64,000 bases of DNA from an uncultured Gemmatimonadales bacterium (GTDB taxonomy: Bacteria; Gemmatimonadota; Gemmatimonadetes; Longimicrobiales; RSA9). The stretch spans positions 1 to 64,000 of the forward strand of contig CAWAMW010000017.1 of assembly GCA_963783305.1 (NCBI GenBank), in the 5' to 3' direction. Each line of letters opens with the position of its first letter. Within the stretch, counting starts at the first letter, position 1. Made by a program: the position numbers and the translations under genes. Positions 55,951 through 64,000 of this stretch are shown piece after piece. Below the pieces are notes generated by a model. That model was not told the DNA's origin and searched no databases. It worked only from the letters and a program-made list of their open reading frames with translations.

Positions 55951-57491
55951 AGGTCCTCCTCTTCCTGCATTGCGTGGAACATCGGTTCGGTGTCATCGGG
56001 CGGCCTCGTCACGAGGCTCACGGCCACGGTCGCGAGGAGGCCCGCCGCGAAGGCGGGGATCAACTCGTACAGCGCACCCTTGAGCGCCGGTGTGAAGTAC
56101 CAGACGAAGGTGGTGAGCGTTCCAGCGATGAGCCCGGCGAAAACGCCCGCTCGGGTGGTCCCATGCCAGAACAGAGCCAGGATGGAGGTGGGCCCGAGGG
56201 CAGCGCCGAGGCCGGCCCAGGCGAAGAGTACGAGCCAGAAGACGAGCTCGTCGGCGGCCCAACCGAGGAGTAGCGCCAGAAGGACCAGCGCGACCACGAC
56301 ACCGCGACTGACCAGCACCATGGTCCGCTGACCCAGCGGCCGCCCCTTACGAATCACCTTCTCGTACACGTCGCGGACCACCGTGGACGCGGCCACGAGG
56401 AGCTGGGAGTCGGCGGTGGACATGATGGCGGCGAATATGGCGGCTACCACCACACCGAAGAGCACCGGCGGCAGGTGCTCCTGCGCCACGACGGGGAAAA
56501 TGTTCTCCGGGTCGCCCAGCGGCAGCGCCGCCACGTCGGTCATGTAGGCGCGGCCGATCATCCCGATGAGGACCGCGCCCGCGCCCATGAGCACGTTCCA
56601 GGCGGTGCCCACGACGGCCGCGAAGCGCAGCTGTCGCGCACTGTCGATGGACATGTAGCGGACGAGGATGTGCGGGTTGCCCGGGGATCCCAGGCCGATG
56701 CCGACGAAGCCGAGCCCGGCGCCGAGCGAGATCGCCAGCGGGTCGGGCAGCCCCGGGTCGAGTCTGCCGAGCTCGGCCATCATGGCGCCCCAGCCGCCGA
56801 AATCCGCGATGGCGAGCCAGGGCACGACCAGGAGCGCGAAGAGCATGAATACCGCCTGCACCGTGTCGGTGAGACTCACGGCAATGAACCCGCCCAGCAC
56901 CGTGTAGCCGAGGACGATCCCCGCTGTGAGGAGGATCCCGACCTCCGGGCTCAGGCCGAAGCTCGCCCCGATAGCCTTGCCACCGCCGACGAACTGCGCC
57001 GCCACGTACGCCACCATGAAGACGAGGATCACGACGGCCAGGGCGATGCGCAGCGCACCCGAGTCATGGAAGCGGGCGGCGAAGAAATCGGGCAGCGTGA
57101 TACAGTCGTATCGCTCACTCAACCGGCGCAGCCGCGGCGCGTAGAACCAGAAGAGCAGCGCCTCCACCGCGGTGTAGCCGACCACCGCCCAGAGCGCGGC
57201 GGCGCCCAGGCTGAACGCCATCCCGGTCACGCCCAGCAGCAGCCAGGAACTGCGGCCGGACACGACTGCGGAGAGCGCCACCACGAACCGGTTCATCCTG
57301 CGGCCACCGAGGAAGAACTCGGCGAGTCCGGCGGACGAGGTGCGGGCGGACCAGGCGCCGATGCCGACGAGGATGACCAGGTAGACCAGGAACGCCGCGA
57401 CCGCGGCACTGTTCGCCTGTATCTGGGCGGGACCGGCCGCGGCGTCCTGCGCAGCGGTGATGCTCGGGTTCAGGTGCACGAGTGGGCTCAA
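55947..57491 (-). CDS. putP: Sodium/proline symporter (SSS family)
   Basis: FFLGGR, ALSA..S..SSWLLLG, GSPGNPHILVRYM, AAIMSTADSQLL, AWAGLGAALGP, YELIPAF. Confidence 0.88.
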   Translation of the reverse strand: MSPLVHLNPSITAAQDAAAGPAQIQANSAAVAAFLVYLVILVGIGAWSARTSSAGLAEFFLGGRRMNRFVVALSAVVSGRSSWLLLGVTGMAFSLGAAALWAVVGYTAVEALLFWFYAPRLRRLSERYDCITLPDFFAARFHDSGALRIALAVVILVFMVAYVAAQFVGGGKAIGASFGLSPEVGILLTAGIVLGYTVLGGFIAVSLTDTVQAVFMLFALLVVPWLAIADFGGWGAMMAELGRLDPGLPDPLAISLGAGLGFVGIGLGSPGNPHILVRYMSIDSARQLRFAAVVGTAWNVLMGAGAVLIGMIGRAYMTDVAALPLGDPENIFPVVAQEHLPPVLFGVVVAAIFAAIMSTADSQLLVAASTVVRDVYEKVIRKGRPLGQRTMVLVSRGVVVALVLLALLLGWAADELVFWLVLFAWAGLGAALGPTSILALFWHGTTRAGVFAGLIAGTLTTFVWYFTPALKGALYELIPAFAAGLLATVAVSLVTRPPDDTEPMFHAMQEEEDL

Positions 57492-57592
57492 GGCGCGTCC
57501 GGATTCGCCGGGTTGGCGGTGTCAGTGGTCGGGGTCAGGGGGGTGACGTTCGTGTGGTGGCCGGGGGGACGCAAGGCGGGGAGTCGCGGCTC

Positions 57593-57675
57593 GGGGTGGC
57601 GTGGGGGGTGGCGTGGGGGGATCGCGCGGGGGGGATCGCGCGGGGGGATCGCGCGCGGGGGATCGGGCTCGGGGT
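57593..57675. repeat. G-run / ATCGCGC imperfect tandem repeat
   Basis: G5-G7 runs separated by TGGCGT or ATCGCGC linkers. Confidence 0.7.
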
Positions 57676-58130
57676 GGTAGTCCGGATTCCGGGCTCACCT
57701 CCCGGCTCGGGGATGTTCGCCGGTCTGGATGTCGTGGACCGACGGAATTGATCGACCGGCCCCGCAAAGCCGTGGGTCTCCGCCTCCGGACCGCCGCGGC
57801 CACAGGCGGGATCCCGGCCCGGGGGGCCGTGGGTGAAGGCCGCGCCCGGCATGGCGGCTGAACTCTCGCGGTTGAGCGCCCCGGTCTTCAGCCGCCGCGC
57901 TCCTCAGCGACGTCGGGGCTGCCCGGGAGCGGATTGCAGCCCGGGGCGTTCAGCAGAGACGGCGCTTGGCGGCGTGAAGGCTGAAATCGGGCCGGGTCGC
58001 CGGCGCAGAATCAGCCCCCGCGCCACCGGGGGTACCGCCACCACCGCCGGGCACTTCCCCGCCCATCACCGTCACCGGCCGAGTTTGCTCCCGCGCCAGT
58101 CCTCCCTCCCGGCCTGCCCTCGCACCCTCC

Positions 58131-58193
58131 CCTCGTCACCCTCGTCACCCTCGTCACCCTCGTCACCCTCGTCACCCTCGTCACCCTCGTCAC
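58131..58193. repeat. Perfect 9-bp tandem repeat (CCTCGTCAC) x7
   Basis: Counted directly; intergenic, 124 bp upstream of ATG 58318. Confidence 0.95.
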
Positions 58194-58317
58194 CCCCGCC
58201 ACCCCCTATTCCCGCGTTCCCGAGTTCCCACCACCCGCGATCCTGCTTGCTCACCCCGCCGGGCCTGGCCCATCTTCCCTCCTCCACCCAGTCCAGCCAG
58301 CAGGAGCCGAACATACG

Positions 58318-59751
58318 ATGAGCCATTCCTCGCCCTTGATCCCAGCCCTCCTCCTCGCCCTGACGCTGGCCGTGCCCCTCCAGGCACAGGACCCGCTCAC
58401 ACCGCCCGATCGGGATCTCCGGATCCGGGAGATCATCGACGCGGTCTCCGCGGACCGGATCGCGGCGGATGTCCGCACGCTGGTGGACTTCGGAACGCGG
58501 CACACGCTTTCCGACACGGTGTCCGCGACCCGGGGGATCGGCGCCGCCCGGCGCTGGGTGCACGCGGAGTTCGAGCGGATCAGCGCGGCGTGCGGCGGCT
58601 GCCTGGAGGTGGAGTACCAGCGCTACCTGGTGGAGGGGGACCCCGAGGGCCGGATCCGGGAGGACTCCTGGGTCGTGAGTGTCACCGCCACACTGCGCGG
58701 CAGTAGGCACCCGAACCGGTACGTGATCATGAGCGGCGACATCGACAGCCGCGTCTCGGATGCGCTCGACGCGACGTCCGAGAGCCCGGGAGCGAACGAC
58801 AACGCCAGCGGGCTGGCGGGGACGATCGAAGCGGCCCGGGTACTGACCCAGCAGGTCTACCGCGCGGGTGAGCGGGGGTTCGACAAGACGGTGGTGTTCG
58901 CGGGACTCGCGGGGGAGGAGCAGGGGCTGTTCGGAGGCCAGCACCTGGCGGCGAAGGCGCGGGACGAGGGGTGGGTGATCGAGGGCGTGCTGAACAACGA
59001 CATGATCGGCAACATCGCGGGCGTGGACGAGGTCGTGGACAACACGTCCTTCCGCGTGTTCAGTGAGCCGCGATCGCCCACGGAGGATGAACGGACGTGG
59101 CGGATGCTCCGCTTCTACGGCGGTGAAGTGGACGGTCCGTCACGGCAGCTGGCCCGCTATGTGGAGCGCATCACGGACGAGTATTTCCGGAACCTCGACG
59201 CGATGATGATCTACCGCCTCGACCGCTTCGGCCGCGGCGGCCACCACCGGCCGTTCAACGACCTTGGGTTCCCGGGCGTACGCATCATGGAGACGCACGA
59301 GAACTACGACCGGCAGCACCAGGACCTGCGGGTGGAGGACGGCGTGGAGTACGGGGACGTCATCGATTATGTCGATTTCGACTACGCCCGCCGCCTCACC
59401 GGCGTCAACGCCGCCGTGCTCGCATCGCTGGCGTGGGCGCCGCCGCCCCCCGCAGAGGCGCGGATCGCCGGGGCTGTGGAGCCGGCGGCCCGGGTGAGTT
59501 GGAGCGTGCAGGGTGAGGGTGAGAGCTGGGTGGCCGCCCCTGCCGATACCGACCTGGCCGGCTACAAGATCTACTGGCGGCTCACCACCGCGCCGCAGTG
59601 GACCGACTGGGTCTTCGTACCGTGGACGGGCGAGAGCGACATGAGCCGCGTCATGGAGCATCTGGTGATCGACAACTTCTTCTTCGGCGTGGCCTCCGTG
59701 GACCGACAGGGGCACGAGTCGGTGGTGGTGTTCCCGAGACCGGGCCGGTAG
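58318..59751 (+). CDS. Secreted M28-family peptidase with C-terminal FN3-like domain
   Basis: Signal peptide; SGDIDS, PGANDNASG, AGEEQGL, NNDMIG, GGHH.PF, HQD; DLAGYKIYWR tail. Confidence 0.9.
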   Translation: MSHSSPLIPALLLALTLAVPLQAQDPLTPPDRDLRIREIIDAVSADRIAADVRTLVDFGTRHTLSDTVSATRGIGAARRWVHAEFERISAACGGCLEVEYQRYLVEGDPEGRIREDSWVVSVTATLRGSRHPNRYVIMSGDIDSRVSDALDATSESPGANDNASGLAGTIEAARVLTQQVYRAGERGFDKTVVFAGLAGEEQGLFGGQHLAAKARDEGWVIEGVLNNDMIGNIAGVDEVVDNTSFRVFSEPRSPTEDERTWRMLRFYGGEVDGPSRQLARYVERITDEYFRNLDAMMIYRLDRFGRGGHHRPFNDLGFPGVRIMETHENYDRQHQDLRVEDGVEYGDVIDYVDFDYARRLTGVNAAVLASLAWAPPPPAEARIAGAVEPAARVSWSVQGEGESWVAAPADTDLAGYKIYWRLTTAPQWTDWVFVPWTGESDMSRVMEHLVIDNFFFGVASVDRQGHESVVVFPRPGR

Positions 59752-59762
59752 CGGTCGGCGCT

Positions 59763-60104
59763 TCACGTCTTCGAGGAGCCCTTCCACGGCAGCCGTCCCT
59801 CGATCTCCGCCTCGAGGGAGAAGCTGAGGAACGTCCGGATGAGCACGACGATGGCGAGGACGGCGACGCTCTTGAGCGTCTGCTCGATGAGGATGGTGTA
59901 GACGATGTCCCCGGCCACGAGGAACTCCAGGCCCAGCAGGATGGCCCGGCCGAGATTACCGCGGTAGGCGTGGTAGGACTCCAGGAAGTCCACGCGCTTC
60001 AGCAGCGCCCTGACAAAGGCGAGGGTGGCGAGGACACCGCCGAGGACGATGACGGCCACGCCCGCCATCTCGATCCATTCCGCCACTCGCTCGATCCAGC
60101 CCAC
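59763..60104 (-). CDS. DUF1622-like membrane protein
   Basis: LGRAILLGLEFLVAGDI..T, LAIVVLIRTFLSFSLE.EIEG..PW; SD GGAGAGGAG before GTG. Confidence 0.85.
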   Translation of the reverse strand: MGWIERVAEWIEMAGVAVIVLGGVLATLAFVRALLKRVDFLESYHAYRGNLGRAILLGLEFLVAGDIVYTILIEQTLKSVAVLAIVVLIRTFLSFSLEAEIEGRLPWKGSSKT

Positions 60105-60139
60105 TCGATCTCCTCTCCACTTTACCGTGAGTGTCGGGC

Positions 60140-60155
60140 GCAAGATGCGTCCCAA
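60140..60155 (-). promoter_or_regulatory. Putative sigma54 promoter
   Basis: TTGGGACGCATCTTGC (GG-N10-GC). Confidence 0.55.
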
Positions 60156-60164
60156 CCGCCCCCA

Positions 60165-61184
60165 TTACCTGGGTAGATCCTCCCCCGCGGCGAGCTGCTG
60201 GACGGTGAGGAACACGAGGCGCGCGACCCGGGCGATCTTGTCGGGATCGACGGCGTCGGTCTCGTCGGCGGGAGTGTGGTAGTCGGGGTGGAGTCCCGAA
60301 GTGACCCGCGCGGCCGGGATCCCGCGCTCGGCGAAGACGGAGTGGTCGCCAGGGCGCAGGTCGGCCGCCCCCGGTGGGTCGCTCACCACGGTGAGTCCGA
60401 GCTCGGGCGTCTCCCGCGCGAGACGGCGCATGAGCGAGCGCGGCCCCGCAGCGCCCGCTCCCACCGCGCCGATGGTGTCCGGGTGGTTCCGTCCGATCAT
60501 GTCCAGGTCCAGGACGACCACGGCCTCGGCCAGGGCGATGGTGGGATGGTCGGCGAACCAGGTCGAGCCCAGGAGCCCGGCCTCGCTCCCGCTCACGGCC
60601 AGGAACAGCACGGGCCGCGCCAATGGCGTATCGAGGGAGCCCAGCGCCTGCGCTACCTCCACCAGCGCCGCGACGCCGGACGCGTTGTCGTCCGCGCCGT
60701 TGTAGACGGAGTCGTCGCCCTCCTCCGGACTCCGGACGCCGAGGTGATCGTAGTGCGCCACCAGGATCACGTACTCGCCCGCGTGCGTCAGCCGCGCGCC
60801 CGGAAGACGCCCGACGACGTTCGGCACGAGCGTCGAGTCCCCCGACCCCACCCGTCCCGGCGCGCCGTGTCGATACGGCCAGTACTGGAGGTAGCCGGCC
60901 GAGTCCCCCGCCGGCTCCAGTCCGGCGCGGTGGAACTCCGTGGCGATCCAGGCCGCCGCGCGTTCCAGGCCGGGGCCGGGCGTCCCGCGTCCGCGCCGCT
61001 CATCGGCGGCCAGGAACGAGACGTGGTGGGCGGCGTCGGGGGCATCGATGTACCGCTGGGCCACCTCGTACGGAGTGGGAGCCGGGGCGGGCGCGGCGGC
61101 GGAGCCGAACTCCTCGGCGGGTCCGCCCACCATTGAGCAGGCGGCGGCGGCCAGCAGCGCCGCCAACCCCGGGAGGTGGCGCAT
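60165..61184 (-). CDS. M28-family lipoprotein peptidase homolog
   Basis: Lipobox AAAC; AHYDHLG, NGADDNASG, SGSEAGLLGS, DLDMIG, DH, DYH. Confidence 0.85.
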   Translation of the reverse strand: MRHLPGLAALLAAAACSMVGGPAEEFGSAAAPAPAPTPYEVAQRYIDAPDAAHHVSFLAADERRGRGTPGPGLERAAAWIATEFHRAGLEPAGDSAGYLQYWPYRHGAPGRVGSGDSTLVPNVVGRLPGARLTHAGEYVILVAHYDHLGVRSPEEGDDSVYNGADDNASGVAALVEVAQALGSLDTPLARPVLFLAVSGSEAGLLGSTWFADHPTIALAEAVVVLDLDMIGRNHPDTIGAVGAGAAGPRSLMRRLARETPELGLTVVSDPPGAADLRPGDHSVFAERGIPAARVTSGLHPDYHTPADETDAVDPDKIARVARLVFLTVQQLAAGEDLPR

Positions 61185-61206
61185 CTTGTCCACAGGTACT
61201 CCGGTG

Positions 61207-62262
61207 TCAGAAAGAGAGTGTCTCGCCGAACGCCGGGATATGGAGGTCCGACGGCGGCAGCCCCAGGTTGGTCCACGCCTGCCGCATCCGCCGCGGGGGC
61301 TCCAGGGGCGGCTCGTCCGTGAGACGGAACGTCCCCCAGTGCATCCCGACCATGGCGGTGGCATGCAGGTCCCGCGCCGCCTGCGCGGCCTCTTCCGGGT
61401 TCATGTGCGACGACTTCATGAACCAGCGGGGTGCATAGGCGCCGATGGGGAGCAGCGCCACGTCGAATGGGCCCTCTCTGTCGCCAATCTCCGTGAACCC
61501 GGGGAAGTACCCGCTGTCGCCACCGAAATAGAGCCGGCGGCCGTCCATTTCCACGGACCACGAGCACCAGAGGCGCTTGCGGGTTCCGAACGGTCGCCGC
61601 TTGGTCCAGTGCTGCGCCGGGAGCGCGCGGATCCTCACGTTCGCTGGCGCACCCTCCAGGCGCGTCTCCTCCCACCAGTCCAGCTCCCTCACCTCGGTGA
61701 CGCCGCGCCGATCGAACCAGCGCTTGTAGCCGAGGGGGGCGTGCCACGTGAGTGAGCTGCCGAAACGCTCGTTCAGCGCCCGGACGGTCGGTGCATCCAG
61801 GTGGTCGTAGTGGTCGTGCGAAAGCAGGATGGCGTCCACGGGCGGGATCGAGTCGAGCTCGAGAGCGGGGGGTGTCAGCCGCTTCGGCCCTGCCCACTGC
61901 ACCGGTGAGGCGCGCTTGCTGAAGACGGGATCGGTCAACAGCGTGACGCCGGGCAGCTGGATGAGGAACGTCGCATGGCCAATCCATGTCACGCGGAGCT
62001 CCGCCGCGTCGTTCCGAAGCCGGGGCACGCCGAGGCGCGGCTCCGTGCGGGGCAGCTCCTCCGGGGTGGGATCGGCCACCCGCTCCCCGCGCCACCGCTC
62101 CCACGCCCACTTCAGGAGGTCCCCCTCGCCCGGAGGAGCATCCCGCCCCTGTGGCCACGGGTTCCGGTACCGCCCGTCCGGCGCGTGGTGCGACGGGCGC
62201 TCGGCCATGGCGTGCGGCGGCGGGCGCCCGGCCATGGCGTGCGGCGGCGGGCGCTCGGTCAC
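61207..62262 (-). CDS. MBL-fold metallohydrolase (NAPE-PLD/RomA-like)
   Basis: TWIGHAT, TDPVFS.RASP, SHDHYDHLD, PAQHW, GGDSGY, PIGAY.PRWFM..SH, MHWGTF. Confidence 0.9.
   Translation of the reverse strand: MTERPPPHAMAGRPPPHAMAERPSHHAPDGRYRNPWPQGRDAPPGEGDLLKWAWERWRGERVADPTPEELPRTEPRLGVPRLRNDAAELRVTWIGHATFLIQLPGVTLLTDPVFSKRASPVQWAGPKRLTPPALELDSIPPVDAILLSHDHYDHLDAPTVRALNERFGSSLTWHAPLGYKRWFDRRGVTEVRELDWWEETRLEGAPANVRIRALPAQHWTKRRPFGTRKRLWCSWSVEMDGRRLYFGGDSGYFPGFTEIGDREGPFDVALLPIGAYAPRWFMKSSHMNPEEAAQAARDLHATAMVGMHWGTFRLTDEPPLEPPRRMRQAWTNLGLPPSDLHIPAFGETLSF
62194..62258. repeat. 27-bp tandem duplication (2.4 copies) in the MBL gene 5' end
   Basis: CGGGCGC(T/C)CGGCCATGGCGTGCGGCGG x2 plus a partial copy; encodes ERPPPHAMA/GRPPPHAMA. 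Confidence 0.85.
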
Positions 62263-62933
62263 TCCACCACGCTGATCACCCGCTGGAGGTCGTCGTCGGC
62301 GCCCGACACGATGACGGTGTCCGATTCCTTGAGCGGCGCGTCCGGATCGGGCACTGCGGTGATCGTGTCGTTGAGGACATCGTGCACAGCGAGCACGCTG
62401 ACGCGGTGCCGCCGCGGGAGCTCCAGCTGGCGCAGTGTCCTGCCGATCCACCGCTCCGGTACCGCCAGCTCCTGCAGGCTGAACCCCTTGCCGATATGCA
62501 CGTAGTTGAGGATTTCGGTGCTGACGATCCGCTCCGCCAGGCGGACGGCGGACTCCCTCTCCGGGAAGATGGTCTCCGTGACCCGGAGCTGCTCCATGAT
62601 CCGGGCGTGGTCGATGGAGATGACCTTCACGTAGATCTCGCGCACGCCGATATCGCGGAGGGCCATGGTGGTGAGCACCGATGCGGCCAGGTCGTCGCCC
62701 GTGGAGATGATCCCGGCGTCGATCTCCTCCCCCCCGACGCGCTCCAGCACATTCTTGTTCCGGCCGTCACCCACGGCCGCACGACTGACCTTCGGCCCGA
62801 CGCGATCCACGGCGTGCTCGTTCGTGTCCACGGCGACCACCTCATGGCCCTTGGCGTGGAGGGCTTCCGCGACGCCCGACCCGAAGTTGCCGAGGCCGAT
62901 GACGATGAATCGCTTCCGCTTGGGCTTGCTCAT
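62259..62933 (-). CDS. ktrA: Trk/Ktr potassium uptake NAD-binding (RCK) subunit
   Basis: IVIGLGNFG, EVVAVD, IFPERE, TrkA-C domain WIGRTLRQL.L. Confidence 0.88.
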   Translation of the reverse strand: MSKPKRKRFIVIGLGNFGSGVAEALHAKGHEVVAVDTNEHAVDRVGPKVSRAAVGDGRNKNVLERVGGEEIDAGIISTGDDLAASVLTTMALRDIGVREIYVKVISIDHARIMEQLRVTETIFPERESAVRLAERIVSTEILNYVHIGKGFSLQELAVPERWIGRTLRQLELPRRHRVSVLAVHDVLNDTITAVPDPDAPLKESDTVIVSGADDDLQRVISVVE

Positions 62934-64000
62934 CCGATGACCACATCCTCGTACGAGTAACGAACCTGAGCGGTACCGGTCACACGCCGTGCCAGCGCCG
63001 CGGCGAGCACGAGTGGACCCACGCGTCCGGTGAACATCAGGAAGATGGTGAGCCACCGTCCCGCGGCCGAGAGCGCGGGTGTCGCACCCAGCGACAGGCC
63101 CACTGTGTTGAAGGCGCTAACGGCTTCGAACATGTGCCGGAGGAACACCTGCCCCAGGTCGGGTGTCACCCCCACCAGCTCGGTGGAGGAATAGCCGAAC
63201 AGTGCGAACGTCATGACGGCGAACCCCAGCACGAAGAGCCCCACCGCCCGCTGGATGGTCTCGCCGGGGATGGACTTCCCCCAGATGGAGACGATATCGT
63301 GCCCCCGGAGCCGTGAAATGGCCAGGAGCCCGATGAGCGCGAACGTGGTGGTCTTGAGCCCACCGGCCGTGGAGCCCGGCGATCCCCCGACCGCCATCAG
63401 GAGTATGGTGAGGAAGTTGGTGTTGTCCGCGGCCGCCGCGTAATCGATGCTGTTGAACCCGGCCGTGCGGGCCGTAGTGCTCATGAAGAACGCGTTGGTG
63501 AGCCGGTCGACGATGCCCAGGCCGCCCAGCACGCCCTTCCATTCGAAGATGGCGAAGAACACCCAGCCGCCCACCAGGAGCAGAGCCGTGGTGCCGAGCA
63601 CGACCCTTGTGTGCAGGGAGAGGCGGGTGTTCCCGGTCGTGGATCTCACCCTCCGCTTCACATGGAGCTCCTCGAGTACGAGGAACCCGATGCCGCCGGC
63701 GATGATGAGACCGGCCGTCGTCAGCAGAGTGAAAATGGACTCCTGGAATCCAATGAGCGAGTCGGAGAAGGTAGAGAAGCCGGCATTGCAGAACGCGCTC
63801 ACGGCGTGGAAGACGGCGTGCCAGCCGGCGTCGACCCAGCCGAACCGTGGCACCCACAGGATGTAGAGCACCACCGCGCCAGCGAGCTCGAAGCCGAGGG
63901 TGAACCGGAGGATGTCGCGGGCGAGCTGCCGGCGGTCGATCTCCTCTGCGATCGCAATCTCGGCTCCAGTCAGCTCTTCGTGCCGGAGGGAGAGCCGGCG
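62930..64000 (-). CDS. ktrB: Trk/Ktr potassium uptake membrane subunit (5' end outside the window)
   Basis: SAFCNAGF, TARTAGF, GGSPGSTAGGLKTTT, FEAVSAFNTVGLS.G, MFTGRVGPL. Confidence 0.9.
   Translation of the reverse strand, partial: RRLSLRHEELTGAEIAIAEEIDRRQLARDILRFTLGFELAGAVVLYILWVPRFGWVDAGWHAVFHAVSAFCNAGFSTFSDSLIGFQESIFTLLTTAGLIIAGGIGFLVLEELHVKRRVRSTTGNTRLSLHTRVVLGTTALLLVGGWVFFAIFEWKGVLGGLGIVDRLTNAFFMSTTARTAGFNSIDYAAAADNTNFLTILLMAVGGSPGSTAGGLKTTTFALIGLLAISRLRGHDIVSIWGKSIPGETIQRAVGLFVLGFAVMTFALFGYSSTELVGVTPDLGQVFLRHMFEAVSAFNTVGLSLGATPALSAAGRWLTIFLMFTGRVGPLVLAAALARRVTGTAQVRYSYEDVVIG

Noticed and set aside
57853..58017. GGCTGAA/TTCAGCC inverted motifs (10-bp inverted repeat at 57853-57896)
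   Set aside because: Short, degenerate and GC-rich; cannot be separated from chance or assigned to an element.
58072..58387. Collagen-like GDE repeat ORF on the minus strand
   Set aside because: It is the translation of the 9-bp VNTR inside an antisense shadow ORF of the M28 gene.

Overview
High-GC bacterial chromosomal window. Gene style and content suggest a Gemmatimonadota-like organism; this is inference, with no database check. Positions 1-4890 are an accessory segment: a frameshifted Fic gene, an orphan secreted protein, a frameshifted beta-propeller repeat lipoprotein, and inverted clusters of short repeats. The rest is mostly core-like: pilB-pilT-pilC, comEA, a glutaminyl-cyclase-like M28 lipoprotein, a 2020-aa SprA-like outer-membrane protein, lptF/lptG, a Ser/Ser dapF-like gene, a TetR-TolC-MFP-RND efflux operon, pepP, a DksA/TraR gene, thrC, two ECF sigma/anti-sigma pairs, holA, a NUDIX hydrolase, an M16 peptidase pair, apgM, secreted amidohydrolases, a degenerate PAS-GGDEF-EAL protein, M1 and M28 peptidases, putP, an MBL hydrolase and ktrAB. 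Best leads: (1) nearly all predicted secreted non-lipoproteins start with Gln after the signal peptide, and a glutaminyl-cyclase-like gene sits directly behind sprA, suggesting a Q-rule/T9SS-like module outside Bacteroidota; (2) an unannotated structured transcript between an ECF-type promoter and a terminator at about 20340-20598; (3) six sigma54-type promoters at near-constant spacing in front of small regulatory or stress genes; (4) a cryptic 8-Cys peptide frame followed by a small membrane protein; (5) a doubly degenerate GGDEF-EAL protein together with an MshEN-type PilB. No rRNA, tRNA, CRISPR array, transposase or integrase was recognised.
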